DNA of 64,000 nucleotides from Candidatus Omnitrophota bacterium (lineage in GTDB: Bacteria; Omnitrophota; Gorgyraeia; 2-01-FULL-45-10): assembly GCA_043798375.1 (NCBI GenBank), contig JAZDOS010000029.1, positions 62,955 to 126,954 of the forward strand, read 5' to 3'. The notes beneath the pieces were generated by a model. The model made no database searches. It was not told the origin of the DNA and saw nothing but the letters and a program-made list of their open reading frames with translations. Positions 47,137 through 59,057 of the stretch are shown in pieces (within the stretch, counting starts at the first letter, position 1; each line of letters starts with the position of its first letter). A program made the translations under genes and the position numbers.

Positions 47137-48372
47137 ATGCACGATACAAATAAATTTAAAATACCCGTTGGCCCGCAACATCCGGCATTAAAAGAACCCG
47201 AAAGTTTCAGCATCGCTTTAAAAGGTGAAAAAATTCTGGGGGTAGATATCAGGTTAGGTTATAACCACCGCGGCATAGAAAAAGCCTGCGAGGAAAGAAC
47301 GTTTATCCAGGATGTGTACCTGGTCGAACGTGTTTGCGGTATTTGCTCGCATTCACATTCTACTTGTTTTGTGCAGGCGGTAGAAGAAATAGCCGGGCTG
47401 GCTGTGCCAAAGCGCGCCCTGTATCTTAGGACCTTGATCGGAGAATTAGAGCGCATCCATAGCCATTTACTCTGGCTGGGCGTAGCCGGCCATGAAATAG
47501 GTTTTGATACTCTCCTGATGTATACCTGGAGGGACAGAGAAGTGGTGATGGATATTTTGGCGGATTTGACCGGCAACCGCGTCAATTACGGAATGAATAC
47601 CATCGGCGGGGTGAGGCGCGATATAACTGTCAAGCAAGCGCAAAAGGTGCTGGAAGGAACCGATATTCTGGAGGAGAGGACTAAGTATTATATTGATATT
47701 GCTACTTCAGAAACAACGGTGATTAAAAGATTATCCGGAGTCGGCGTACTATCGCATGAGGATGCAATACTTTTGGACGCGGTGGGGCCGACTGCGCGCG
47801 CCTCAGGGGTCAACCGTGATGTACGGCGCGATGATCCGTATGCGGCGTACGGAGAGGTTGATTTTGAGGTGATCATTGATAATCATAACGATGTTTACGG
47901 ACGGACCGTAGTGCGGGTGAAAGAGCTGATGGAGTCTTACAAAATCGTTCGCCAGATTTTAAAAAATCTGCCTGAAGGGCCGATCAGTATAAAGCAGCCC
48001 CTGCGTAAAATTCCTGCCGGTGAAGCATTGAGCCGTTATGAGGCGCCAAGGGGCGAAGATATGCATTATGTCAAAGCTAATGGCACGGAAAAACCGGAGA
48101 GAGTCAAGCTCAGGGCTCCTACTTTAGCTAACGTACAGGCAGTAAAACATATGCTCAAAGACAGATTCTTAGCAGATATGCCTATTGTCATTGCCGCGAT
48201 AGACCCTTGTTTTTCCTGCACTGACAGACAAATTGCGATAGATGATTTAGGTCATCATGATAATCGGATTATCAGCTGGGAGGCTTTGAATAAATACGGC
48301 ATAGAGTGGCACCGCCAAAAGGGAATAGATTTTACGGAATTAAATAAGAGGTTATCCTTAAAACTAAAATAA
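47137..48372 (+). CDS. Group-4 membrane-bound [NiFe] hydrogenase large subunit
   Basis: Both Ni-Fe ligand motifs are intact: N-terminal RVCGICSHSH (RxCGxCxxxH) and C-terminal DPCFSCTDR (DPCxxCxxR). Confidence 0.85.
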   Translation: MHDTNKFKIPVGPQHPALKEPESFSIALKGEKILGVDIRLGYNHRGIEKACEERTFIQDVYLVERVCGICSHSHSTCFVQAVEEIAGLAVPKRALYLRTLIGELERIHSHLLWLGVAGHEIGFDTLLMYTWRDREVVMDILADLTGNRVNYGMNTIGGVRRDITVKQAQKVLEGTDILEERTKYYIDIATSETTVIKRLSGVGVLSHEDAILLDAVGPTARASGVNRDVRRDDPYAAYGEVDFEVIIDNHNDVYGRTVVRVKELMESYKIVRQILKNLPEGPISIKQPLRKIPAGEALSRYEAPRGEDMHYVKANGTEKPERVKLRAPTLANVQAVKHMLKDRFLADMPIVIAAIDPCFSCTDRQIAIDDLGHHDNRIISWEALNKYGIEWHRQKGIDFTELNKRLSLKLK

Positions 48373-48373
48373 A

Positions 48374-49315
48374 ATGGTAAAAGCATTGTTTTCAATTTTG
48401 ATTTTTCCCGGTTTTCTTTTTGTCTGCTTTTTCGGGTTAGCCGCTGAATTTGTGGATAGAAAACTGCACGCGCGCATGCAAAACAGGATAGGGCCGCCCT
48501 GGTTTCAGCCGCTGGCAGATTTTATCAAGCTATTGGCTAAAGAAGACTTGGTTCCTAAAGATGCCCGCGCCGCCATGTTTAAGGTTACCCCGGTTTTTGC
48601 CCTGGCTGCCGTAGCCACTGCTTTCCTTTATATTCCGCTATGGAATACGGAAGCGTTATTCTCATTTAACGGAGATATTATAGTCGTGTTATATCTATTA
48701 ACTCTCCCCACCATGGCATTTTTTATCGGCGGCTGGTATTCGACTTCTTTATTTGCAAAACTGGGCTCTATGCGCACGCTGATCCAATTATTTGCCTATG
48801 AGGTGCCTCTGTTTATGGGTATACTTTCCTGCGCGCTGCTGGCAGATACCTGGTCATTATACGGGATTACGGTTTTTTACCATCAACACCCGATGCTGCG
48901 TTTTTTTAATATTATAGGTTTTGCGGTATCATTGATCGCGCTTTTAGGCAAACTGGAGAAGGTGCCTTTTGATATTCCTGAGGCAGAGACAGAAATCGTG
49001 GCCGGGATTTTTACCGAGTATAGCGGCCGGCTCCTGGCATTATTCAGGTTGACTCTGGATGTTGAAATGGTGGTGGGCGCAGCTTTATTGGCAACAGTAT
49101 TTTTGCCTATCGGATTGAACCTTAATATATTTTTAAGGTTTATAATTTTTCTGGTTAAGGTTTTCTTTATCATCGGATTGATATCATTACTGCGTTCGGT
49201 ATTTGCGCGTTTGCGCATAGACCAGATGGTCAAATTCTGCTGGAAGTATATGGTGCCGTTGGGCATCACACAGATTTTAATTAATCTTATCGCGAAAGGG
49301 ATATTGGTAAGATGA
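48374..49315 (+). CDS. NuoH-like membrane subunit
   Basis: 313 aa, 8 TM helices. Located immediately downstream of the large subunit as in Mbh and Ech operons. Confidence 0.65.
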   Translation: MVKALFSILIFPGFLFVCFFGLAAEFVDRKLHARMQNRIGPPWFQPLADFIKLLAKEDLVPKDARAAMFKVTPVFALAAVATAFLYIPLWNTEALFSFNGDIIVVLYLLTLPTMAFFIGGWYSTSLFAKLGSMRTLIQLFAYEVPLFMGILSCALLADTWSLYGITVFYHQHPMLRFFNIIGFAVSLIALLGKLEKVPFDIPEAETEIVAGIFTEYSGRLLALFRLTLDVEMVVGAALLATVFLPIGLNLNIFLRFIIFLVKVFFIIGLISLLRSVFARLRIDQMVKFCWKYMVPLGITQILINLIAKGILVR

Positions 49316-49680
49316 GACCCGGTAGAATGATAAGACAGGTTCTGAATTCGCTATTTAAGAAACCCGCGACCAACCTGTATCCCTACGAGAAATTGGAAAT
49401 GGCGGATAAGCTTCGGGGCAAACTTAAATTTATTCCGCAGAATTGTATTGGCTGCAAGCTCTGCATGAAAGATTGTCCCTCTGAAGCAATCACCATCAAT
49501 AAAATTGGAGAAAAACAATTCGAGGCAGTCATAGATTTAGGCAAATGTATATATTGCGCGCAGTGTGTATACACTTGTCCTAAAGCAGCCCTTGAATTTA
49601 CCCAGGAAATAGAATTGGCGGAGTTGGATAAAACAAAACTGAAAGTAACCTTTCATGCCCACCCTGAAGAAGGAACTTAA
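49312..49680 (+). CDS. NuoI-like 2x[4Fe-4S] ferredoxin subunit
   Basis: CIGCKLCMKDCP and CIYCAQCVYTCP. Confidence 0.8.
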   Translation: MRPGRMIRQVLNSLFKKPATNLYPYEKLEMADKLRGKLKFIPQNCIGCKLCMKDCPSEAITINKIGEKQFEAVIDLGKCIYCAQCVYTCPKAALEFTQEIELAELDKTKLKVTFHAHPEEGT

Positions 49681-50158
49681 AGATCGGCTTAAAGGCGCAA
49701 AACGAGTAGCTATATTAGGTATCGGTTCTGAACTAAGAAGCGATGATGCGGTAGGCGTCGTTATTGCCGGAAAGCTTCAAGCATATATTAAAAAGATGAA
49801 AATAAAAGCGCTAAAAGCTTTCTTGGGAGAAACTGTCCCGGAAAATTTAACCGGAGAGATAAAGAAATTTAACCCGACCCATCTGATTATTATCGATGCG
49901 ACAGATTTTCAAAAGAAGGCGGGCACGATCGGTATTGTTGATAGCTGCGGAGAAAAAGGGGTATCTTTTTCCACTCATAGAATGCCGATTAAATTCATCA
50001 AAGATTATCTTTATAAATCTATTGCGTGCCAGACTGTAATCATAGGAATACAGCCGCAATCTCTGGAATTTTGCGGAGGTCTTTCGGCTGCAATACAGGA
50101 GTCTGTGCGAATGGCGTGCAAAGAAATAAGCGAGGTTTTAAAAAAATTGTTTGAATAG
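49655..50158 (+). CDS. hycI: Hydrogenase maturation endopeptidase (HycI/HybD family)
   Basis: VAILGIGSELRSDDAVGVVIAGKL..LIIIDATDF is the family signature. Confidence 0.75.
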   Translation: MPTLKKELKDRLKGAKRVAILGIGSELRSDDAVGVVIAGKLQAYIKKMKIKALKAFLGETVPENLTGEIKKFNPTHLIIIDATDFQKKAGTIGIVDSCGEKGVSFSTHRMPIKFIKDYLYKSIACQTVIIGIQPQSLEFCGGLSAAIQESVRMACKEISEVLKKLFE

Positions 50159-50241
50159 CATGGCTATAACTTGCCCGTCGGAGATGGGCGGAGGCGTGAC
50201 CTTTTCCACGCATACGATGCCGGCACGGAAGGCTTGACAAA

Positions 50242-50472
50242 TTGAGGCAAGAGATATATAAATGGGTTAGACTTGGGGGCCTATTGTCCTTTATACCGTT
50301 CGTCCTGGCGGCGGGCCCGATAGCCGGTTATCTGGCAGGCGAATACCTGATAAAAAAGTTTGGCCTGCCTTCGTATATCTCTTTTATTTTCGCAGCGGTG
50401 GGATTTGCGGCGAGCATCAGAGAGACCATCAGGATTATCAGGATTGCGATAAAAACAGACAAGGAATTTTAA
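50242..50472 (+). CDS. AtpZ/AtpI-like small membrane protein preceding atpB
   Basis: Two hydrophobic helices. The TTG start from the ORF track overlaps a TTGACA-17-TATAAA promoter-like sequence (50234-50262), so the true start may lie further 3'. Confidence 0.35.
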   Translation: MRQEIYKWVRLGGLLSFIPFVLAAGPIAGYLAGEYLIKKFGLPSYISFIFAAVGFAASIRETIRIIRIAIKTDKEF

Positions 50473-51210
50473 ATGCAAAAGGCCGTTCCCGAGCTTCCCA
50501 ATGCCGTAACAATGCTGGAGAAACTCTTTAAGGGCTCGCGTCTAGCCGAATTCCTCAAGACATGGGAAAACCCGATATTTTCGCTTGTCATCATCCTGGC
50601 CATCTCGGCTATAGCATATTCGGCATCCCGCAGGATAAAATTTATCCCCGCAAGGCTCCAGGCCGCTTTTGAAATATTTGTCGCAAGTATCGACGATTTT
50701 GTATGCGGCATCATAGGTCCCGCGGGAAGAAGATATACTCCTTTTATAGGGACGCTCTTCCTGTATATTCTCCTCATGAACCTATCAGGGCTTATCCCGC
50801 TAATGAAGGCCCCGACCACAAGCTGGTCGACGACGCTCGCGCTTGCGATATGCGTCTTCATCTACGTCCAATACGCGGCCTTAAGAGAACGCGGGGTTTT
50901 GGGTTACATAGACCATCTCTCGGGAAGGCCGAGGGGGATAATCGCGTTTTCGGTATTTATACCGATAATGATGCTCATCATGCACATAGTATCGGAGCTT
51001 GTGCGGCCTATCAGCCTGTCGCTTCGTCTAAGATCGAACATCTGGGGGGACGATATGCTGTTGGCGGTCATTGCGGGGTTCGGATTAAAGGGCGTGCCGC
51101 TCTTATTTTTTAATTATTTCATCATAATTCTGGCCTCATTAGTACAGGCTGTTGTTTTTACTTTGTTAACAACGATATATTTCGCTCTTGCGCTGACGCA
51201 TGAGGAATAA
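50473..51210 (+). CDS. atpB: F-type ATP synthase subunit a
   Basis: LSLRLRSNIWGDDML contains the conserved Arg of subunit a. Confidence 0.85.
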   Translation: MQKAVPELPNAVTMLEKLFKGSRLAEFLKTWENPIFSLVIILAISAIAYSASRRIKFIPARLQAAFEIFVASIDDFVCGIIGPAGRRYTPFIGTLFLYILLMNLSGLIPLMKAPTTSWSTTLALAICVFIYVQYAALRERGVLGYIDHLSGRPRGIIAFSVFIPIMMLIMHIVSELVRPISLSLRLRSNIWGDDMLLAVIAGFGLKGVPLLFFNYFIIILASLVQAVVFTLLTTIYFALALTHEE

Positions 51211-51225
51211 AAAAGGAGGTGCTGT

Positions 51226-51456
51226 ATGGATTATAAAGTAGTGCTTGCGTTTGCCCTTCCGTTCGGACTTGGCATAACGGCAGTCGGCTCGGCAATCGCG
51301 CTTGGAAAAGCCGTCGCCGCGGCAATGGAGGCGACCGCCAGGCAGCCGGAGGCCGCGACAAAGATATTGATCAGTATGGCAACGGGATGCGCATTCATAG
51401 AAGCGCTGACGATCTACGCGCTCTTATTCGTCTTCGGCATTGCCGGAAAAATATAG
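51226..51456 (+). CDS. atpE: F-type ATP synthase subunit c
   Basis: 76-aa hairpin proteolipid. GAAMEATARQPEA loop. Carboxylate in FIEALTIYAL. Confidence 0.9.
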   Translation: MDYKVVLAFALPFGLGITAVGSAIALGKAVAAAMEATARQPEAATKILISMATGCAFIEALTIYALLFVFGIAGKI

Positions 51457-51511
51457 AAACCCCTTGACGGGATCAGGGTTTCATCCTGACAATCTAAGTG
51501 ATGGATAACCT

Positions 51512-52006
51512 ATGGATTTACTGAAGCTTTTAAGCGCAAATGAGATAATTGCCCAAGCAGCGTGTTTTCTTCTATTCCTGGCAATCTTGCGTGTCTTTCT
51601 CTGGAACAGGTTCCTCAAGCTCCTTGATGCGCGAAAAGAGCGTATCGCGTCCGAACTGAAAGCGATAGAAGATGCGAAAGCGGATGTCGAGAAGCTGAAG
51701 AATAATTACGATGGCAGGATCGCGAAGATCGAGGAAGAGGCGGGGGAGATGATGCAGGCCGCCATAGCCGAAGGAAAGAGGGACGCTCAAGGAATAAGAG
51801 AGAAGGCGCAGGAAGACGCCGAAGGGCTTTTTGAAAAGACGCGGGAAAGTATCAAGGCGGAGGCCGCCAAGGCCGAGGAGAAGCTCAAGAATAAGATCGT
51901 CGACATCGCCATAGAGGCCGCAGGAAAAGTGCTGGAAGAGCGGCTGTCGGAGGACAGGGACAGAAAGCTGGTTGAAGAATTCATAGATAAGTTAGAGCGC
52001 CAATGA
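51512..52006 (+). CDS. atpF: F-type ATP synthase subunit b
   Basis: N-terminal TM helix followed by a long charged Glu/Lys/Ala-rich helix. Confidence 0.75.
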   Translation: MDLLKLLSANEIIAQAACFLLFLAILRVFLWNRFLKLLDARKERIASELKAIEDAKADVEKLKNNYDGRIAKIEEEAGEMMQAAIAEGKRDAQGIREKAQEDAEGLFEKTRESIKAEAAKAEEKLKNKIVDIAIEAAGKVLEERLSEDRDRKLVEEFIDKLERQ

Positions 52007-52563
52007 TCAAAAACGAGATAGTCGCAAAACGTTACGCGGATGCCTTCTTGGGCTATTGCGCGGAAACGATCGGTCGTGAAAAGGGATTAGATGAGCTTTT
52101 GAGGGCGCGGCGCGTCTTTGAAGATAACCCCGATTTCAAGGAATTCCTGGAATCACTCGACATCACAACGAAAGAGAAATTCGATATCATTGAAAAAGTG
52201 ATGAGTAACAATTTTTCCGAAGAACTTCGGAATTTCCTGAAACTTTTATTGGACAAGGGTCGTATTCGGCTATTTCTCGATATAGCCGAATACGCGAGGA
52301 TCAACTATTCTCACGGCGTCGAGCAGGATGCTTTATTAAAAACAAGCTACCCCCTCGACACCGAAGTGATAGAGGCCATTAAAAATGTGCTCGAGAGTAA
52401 ACTGAAGAAGAAGCTCCATCTTTACATCGAGCTCGACCCGGAGCTGTTGGGGGGCATTTCGGTCCAGGCCGGCAATATGATAATCGATGGATCCGTAAAA
52501 AAACGGCTCGAAGATCTGCGTACGAAGCTTATTCTGTCGAAAGTGGAGCGCCATGGAAATTAG
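52003..52563 (+). CDS. atpH: F-type ATP synthase subunit delta
   Basis: Position in the operon. [10 protein letters not shown]-terminus and [18 protein letters not shown]-terminal motif. Confidence 0.8.
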   Translation: MIKNEIVAKRYADAFLGYCAETIGREKGLDELLRARRVFEDNPDFKEFLESLDITTKEKFDIIEKVMSNNFSEELRNFLKLLLDKGRIRLFLDIAEYARINYSHGVEQDALLKTSYPLDTEVIEAIKNVLESKLKKKLHLYIELDPELLGGISVQAGNMIIDGSVKKRLEDLRTKLILSKVERHGN

Positions 52564-54073
52564 GCCGGAAGAAGTAACTTCTATAATCAAGAAAGAGCTC
52601 GAAAAATACAGGACGAGGCTCAGAGTCGAGTCTGTAGGCACAGTACTGCAGATCGGCGATGGCATTGCCCTGGTCTACGGCCTTGACGACGTCATGGTAG
52701 GTGAACTTGTCCAATTCCCGAATAATATCACCGGCATAGTTTTCAACCTGGAGGAGGACAATGTAGGTATCGTCATATTCGGCGACGAGAAGACTATCAA
52801 AGAAGGCGATACCGTAAAGAGGACCGGAAAGATCGCCCAGATCCCTGTGGGCGAAGCGCTTTTAGGCAGGGTCATAAACCCGTTGGGACGGCCGATCGAT
52901 GGAAAGGGCCCCATCGCTACCAACAAATACCGTCCTGTAGAATTCAAGGCGCCCAACGTCGTGGAGCGCCAGCCTGTCAAGGAGCCGCTTCATACGGGAA
53001 TCAAGGCGATAGATTCCATGATCCCGATCGGCCGCGGACAGCGTGAGCTCATCATAGCCGACAGGCAGACAGGGAAGACGGCCATCGCTATCGATACGAT
53101 AATCAACCAGAAGGGGAAAGACGTCTTGTGTATTTACGTCGCGATCGGCCAGAAGATGTCCAATATAGTATCCGTTTCGGAGGTCCTGCAAAAATACGGC
53201 GCGATGGACTATACGGTAATAGTGAGCGCGTCGTCCCGGGCATCGGCGTCGCTCCAGTTTCTCGTCCCTTATGCCGGATGCGCTATAGCCGAAGAATTTA
53301 TGTATGCAGGCAAGCACGCCCTGGTAATTTATGACGATTTATCAAAACATGCGCAGGCCTACAGGCAGCTGTCGCTCTTACTGCGAAGACCTCCGGGAAG
53401 AGAGGCGTATCCGGGCGATATATTCTACCTTCACTCGAGGTTGCTGGAGCGCGCGGCAAAGTTGTCGGATAAGCTCGGCGGCGGGTCTCTCACAGCCCTT
53501 CCTATAATAGAGACTCAGGCGGGGGATATCACAAGCTATATACCCACAAACGTCATATCCATAACAGACGGGCAAATATACCTGGAGACAGACCTTTTTT
53601 ACGCAGGCGTGCGGCCTGCCGTGAACGTCGGGCTGTCGGTATCGAGGGTGGGAGGGGCTGCGCAGACAAAGGCGATGAAGCAGGTCGCGGGACGCTTGCG
53701 GCTCGACCTGGCGCAGTACCGCGAGCTCCTGACGTTCACGCAATTCGGCGCCGAGCTCGATAAGACCACTCAAGCCCTGATCCACAGGGGTGAACGTATG
53801 GTGGAGATACTCAAGCAAGGGCAATACGAACCCCTTCAGATGTCGAAACAGGTCATGTTGATATATGCCGGCATAAACGGTTTTATGGACGATATTCCGG
53901 TGGAGTCTATTCGAAAACTGGAGCCCGCCTTCTATAAATATATGGACGATAATTACCAGGAGATAGGGTTCGAGATAGAGACAAAAGGCGCGATCAGCAA
54001 CATCCTAAAATCTAAACTCGATAACGCGATCAGGGATTTCAAGGAAGAGATCGGAAAGCGCGGCATTAAATGA
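52553..54073 (+). CDS. atpA: F-type ATP synthase subunit alpha
   Basis: [11 protein letters not shown] Walker A. Confidence 0.95.
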   Translation: MEIRPEEVTSIIKKELEKYRTRLRVESVGTVLQIGDGIALVYGLDDVMVGELVQFPNNITGIVFNLEEDNVGIVIFGDEKTIKEGDTVKRTGKIAQIPVGEALLGRVINPLGRPIDGKGPIATNKYRPVEFKAPNVVERQPVKEPLHTGIKAIDSMIPIGRGQRELIIADRQTGKTAIAIDTIINQKGKDVLCIYVAIGQKMSNIVSVSEVLQKYGAMDYTVIVSASSRASASLQFLVPYAGCAIAEEFMYAGKHALVIYDDLSKHAQAYRQLSLLLRRPPGREAYPGDIFYLHSRLLERAAKLSDKLGGGSLTALPIIETQAGDITSYIPTNVISITDGQIYLETDLFYAGVRPAVNVGLSVSRVGGAAQTKAMKQVAGRLRLDLAQYRELLTFTQFGAELDKTTQALIHRGERMVEILKQGQYEPLQMSKQVMLIYAGINGFMDDIPVESIRKLEPAFYKYMDDNYQEIGFEIETKGAISNILKSKLDNAIRDFKEEIGKRGIK

Positions 54074-54924
54074 TCCAGAACTTACGGCAGATAAAGTCCA
54101 GGATAAAAAGCGTAGAAAACACCAGGAAGATAACACGGGCGATGGAGACGATATCCGCGGCGAAACTGAACCGCGTAAAAAACTCTTTTTACGCCGCGCG
54201 CTCGTATTCCGCAAGCCTCGAAGCGGTATTGAAAAGGTTCTTATCGGACATAACGACGCCTGAAAATCCCTTCATCAAAAAGAGAGAGCGGATCAAAAAT
54301 ATCGCCGTATGCATAATAGCTTCGGACACGGGGCTTTGCGGCGCATATAATAACAACATAATCAAGCAGACCGAGGCATTCCTCGGCGATCGCGATAGGC
54401 AAAGCGTCAGGTTGATCGCCGTGGGTAAGCAGGTCTTCACTCATTTTAAAAATAAGGGATATCCGGTCACAAGGGAGCATATAGGCCTGTTCGGCCGCTA
54501 CTCGTTAAAGATCTCCGAGGAGCTTGTCAGCGAGTTGACATCGATCTACTTATCGGAAGAGGTGGACGAGGTCTATATCGCCTATACGCATTTCAACGCA
54601 AATTTAAGGTATAATCCCGTTGTAGAAAAATTTCTTGGCATCGACTTCGAGAAAGGAAAGAGGGCATATTATATATTCGAACCGGATGCTCAGAAGATCC
54701 TGAATGATATGATACCGCGATATCTGGCCTCAAAAATGAATACGATCATCATGGACGCGTTCACCGCCGAGCATTCGGCAAGGATGCTCGCGATGAAAAT
54801 AGCGACCGATAACGCGGACGAACTTATAGATACGCTGACACTCGCGCGCAACAAGGCAAGGCAGTCGCAGATAACCAGAGAGGTCGTCGAGATCGCGATG
54901 GCTGCCGAAGCAGTCAGGGAGTAA
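54070..54924 (+). CDS. atpG: F-type ATP synthase subunit gamma
   Basis: [14 protein letters not shown]-terminus and ITREVVEI C-terminal helix. Confidence 0.9.
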   Translation: MIQNLRQIKSRIKSVENTRKITRAMETISAAKLNRVKNSFYAARSYSASLEAVLKRFLSDITTPENPFIKKRERIKNIAVCIIASDTGLCGAYNNNIIKQTEAFLGDRDRQSVRLIAVGKQVFTHFKNKGYPVTREHIGLFGRYSLKISEELVSELTSIYLSEEVDEVYIAYTHFNANLRYNPVVEKFLGIDFEKGKRAYYIFEPDAQKILNDMIPRYLASKMNTIIMDAFTAEHSARMLAMKIATDNADELIDTLTLARNKARQSQITREVVEIAMAAEAVRE

Positions 54925-56615
<1,691 letters not shown>

Positions 56616-56626
56616 TCACCTCCCGG

Positions 56627-57277
56627 ATGAAATACAGGCTCATAATCTTCGATATAGACGGCACCATAACAAACCACATAAGCTCGTGGCGGTATATTCA
56701 CGAGAAACTCGGGATTTGGTCCAGGAGGGCTTTTCAATATCAGGACGCGTTTTTCGCCGGCAAAATAGGATATAGGAAATTCTGCTCACTCGACGCGGCA
56801 CACTGGAAGGGGATGCGCGAAAAGAGGATCCGTGAACTATTCAGATCTACTCGATATTCCAGAAACGCGGCCGCCTGCATAAAAAAACTTAAAAATTCCG
56901 GCTTCAAACTTGCCGCCGTATCTACGGGTTTACAGTATATGCCCGATAGGATAATGGCTGAGCTCAAGTTTGATTACGCCATTTCAAACAGGCTGATATC
57001 CAGGAATGGAATCCTCACGGGCGGAGTAAAGATAAACCTTGAGCACGGTGCAAAGCATAAAATCCTCAAGGATATATTCGAAAGGTTTAGGGTAAAACCA
57101 CGCCGGGTGATATCCGTGGGCGATAGTGAAGGCGACATACCTCTCGCAAGAGAGTGCGGTTATTCGATAGCGTTCAACTCGACAAGTAAAGAGCTGTCGG
57201 AAATGTCCAATTACAACTGCGGGACAAGGGATTTCAGAGAAGTTTATAAAAAGATAATATCGGTCGCTTATGAATAA
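56627..57277 (+). CDS. HAD-superfamily hydrolase (HAD-IB/SerB-like)
   Basis: LIIFDIDGTIT (motif I), VSTG (motif II), GDSEGD (motif IV). Confidence 0.75.
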   Translation: MKYRLIIFDIDGTITNHISSWRYIHEKLGIWSRRAFQYQDAFFAGKIGYRKFCSLDAAHWKGMREKRIRELFRSTRYSRNAAACIKKLKNSGFKLAAVSTGLQYMPDRIMAELKFDYAISNRLISRNGILTGGVKINLEHGAKHKILKDIFERFRVKPRRVISVGDSEGDIPLARECGYSIAFNSTSKELSEMSNYNCGTRDFREVYKKIISVAYE

Positions 57278-59048
57278 GGAATTTCTGCCGACATCCCCGG
57301 CCGAGATCAAATCCCGCGGATGGGATGGGCTGGATATCATACTGGTCTCAGGCGACGCCTATGTAGATCACCCCTCATACGGCACCGCTATAATAGGAAG
57401 GGTCCTTGAAAACGCCGGTTTTAAGGTCGGCATAATAGCCCAGCCAAACTGCGCCGGCCTGGCCGACTTTACGAAACTGGGTAGGCCCGGGCTATTCTTC
57501 GGCATAACCGCGGGAAACCTCGATTCGATGGTCGCCAATTATACGGCCAATAAGAAGCCGAGGGGCGATGATGACTATTCGCCCGGAGGTAAGGCCGGCT
57601 TGAGGCCCGACCGGGCGGTGACCTTATATACGAACAAGATCCGTCAGGCATTCCCCAAAGCAACAATAGTGCTGGGCGGAATTGAGGCGAGCTTAAGAAG
57701 GCTCGCGCATTACGACTACTGGTCGGATACAGTGAAGCGCTCGGCCCTCTCTGACTCAAAGGCCGATATCCTCGTTTATGGAATGGGGGAGGCGCAAATT
57801 CTGGAGATTGCCGGCCGCCTGAAAGAGGGCGGCGGGGTGAAATCCCTGGAAGGAATCCCGGGCACCGTCATCGTAAAAAATAATATCGACGGCCTCAAAA
57901 ATTACGTATCGATCCCGTCCTACGAGGAAACAGCCGGGGATTTGGATAAATTTATAAACGCGTTCAGGGCGATTTATGCCGAAAATGACCCTTTTAGAGG
58001 CAGGACGATCGTGCAGCTTCACGGCCAAAGGTACGTCATCCAATTTCCTCCGGCAAAACCGCTTAAGACAGGCGAGCTCGACAGGATCTACGGCTTAAAT
58101 TACGCCAGGCAATGGCATCCGGTATACGATAAGCTTGGCGGCGTCCCGGGGTCCGAAACGGTCAGGTTCTCGGTGATATCCCACCGCGGATGCGCGGGCG
58201 AGTGCAGCTTCTGCAGCCTCTTCATGCATCAGGGCCGTATCGTCCAGAGCCGCAGCCGCGAATCGATACTGAACGAGATAAGAAGTATCTCTCGGGATGA
58301 TTTGTTTAAAGGCACTATCACAGATATAGGCGGACCCACCGCCAATCTATATATGACGCGGTGCGCCGGGTGGGAGGGGCCCGGAACGTGCCGGGCCAAA
58401 TTCTGTCTCGTCCCTGAAAAATGTAAAAGCCTCGAACTCGGCTACGCCGAGACTGTAAAACTCTGGGAAGATGCCCTGAAGATACCCGGGGTAAAACGCA
58501 TATTCGTCGGAAGCGGCGTAAGGTACGACCTTTTGGCGGACAAATATTCGGATGAATATCTTAAGGCCCTGTGTAAATCGCATGTGAGCGGCCGGCTGAA
58601 GGTCGCGCCAGAGCATTGTGAAAGGTCTATTCTGAAACTTATGAATAAGCCCGGCCTTGACATATACGAAAATTTCGTAAAGCGTTACAGGAACATCAAT
58701 GAGCGGCTGCAAAAAAAGCAATATCTTGTAAATTATATAATAAGCGCTCATCCCGGCGCGACGCTCGAGAGCGCGCTTAATCTATCTCTACAGCTTATGA
58801 AGATGAATATATATCCCGAGCAGATCCAGGACTATCTTCCGCTCTCCATGACAGCTTCCGGCTGTATGTACCATACCCAAAAGGATTTCTTTTCCGGAAA
58901 ACCCATCCACGTCGCAAAAGGGGAAAGGGAGAGAAAGCTCCAAAGGGCGCTCGTCCAGTATAAAAATCCCGAAAATAAGAGGTATGTCATCGAGGCATTG
59001 AGAGCGCTCAATAAGATGCCTCTTTCAAAAAAATTCTTCGGTAGATAA
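57270..59048 (+). CDS. ygiQ: YgiQ-family (UPF0313) radical SAM protein
   Basis: N-terminal ILVSGDAYVDHPSYGTAIIGRVLE and radical-SAM HRGCAGECSFCSL. Confidence 0.85.
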   Translation: MNKEFLPTSPAEIKSRGWDGLDIILVSGDAYVDHPSYGTAIIGRVLENAGFKVGIIAQPNCAGLADFTKLGRPGLFFGITAGNLDSMVANYTANKKPRGDDDYSPGGKAGLRPDRAVTLYTNKIRQAFPKATIVLGGIEASLRRLAHYDYWSDTVKRSALSDSKADILVYGMGEAQILEIAGRLKEGGGVKSLEGIPGTVIVKNNIDGLKNYVSIPSYEETAGDLDKFINAFRAIYAENDPFRGRTIVQLHGQRYVIQFPPAKPLKTGELDRIYGLNYARQWHPVYDKLGGVPGSETVRFSVISHRGCAGECSFCSLFMHQGRIVQSRSRESILNEIRSISRDDLFKGTITDIGGPTANLYMTRCAGWEGPGTCRAKFCLVPEKCKSLELGYAETVKLWEDALKIPGVKRIFVGSGVRYDLLADKYSDEYLKALCKSHVSGRLKVAPEHCERSILKLMNKPGLDIYENFVKRYRNINERLQKKQYLVNYIISAHPGATLESALNLSLQLMKMNIYPEQIQDYLPLSMTASGCMYHTQKDFFSGKPIHVAKGERERKLQRALVQYKNPENKRYVIEALRALNKMPLSKKFFGR

Positions 59049-59057
59049 CGGGCGGGA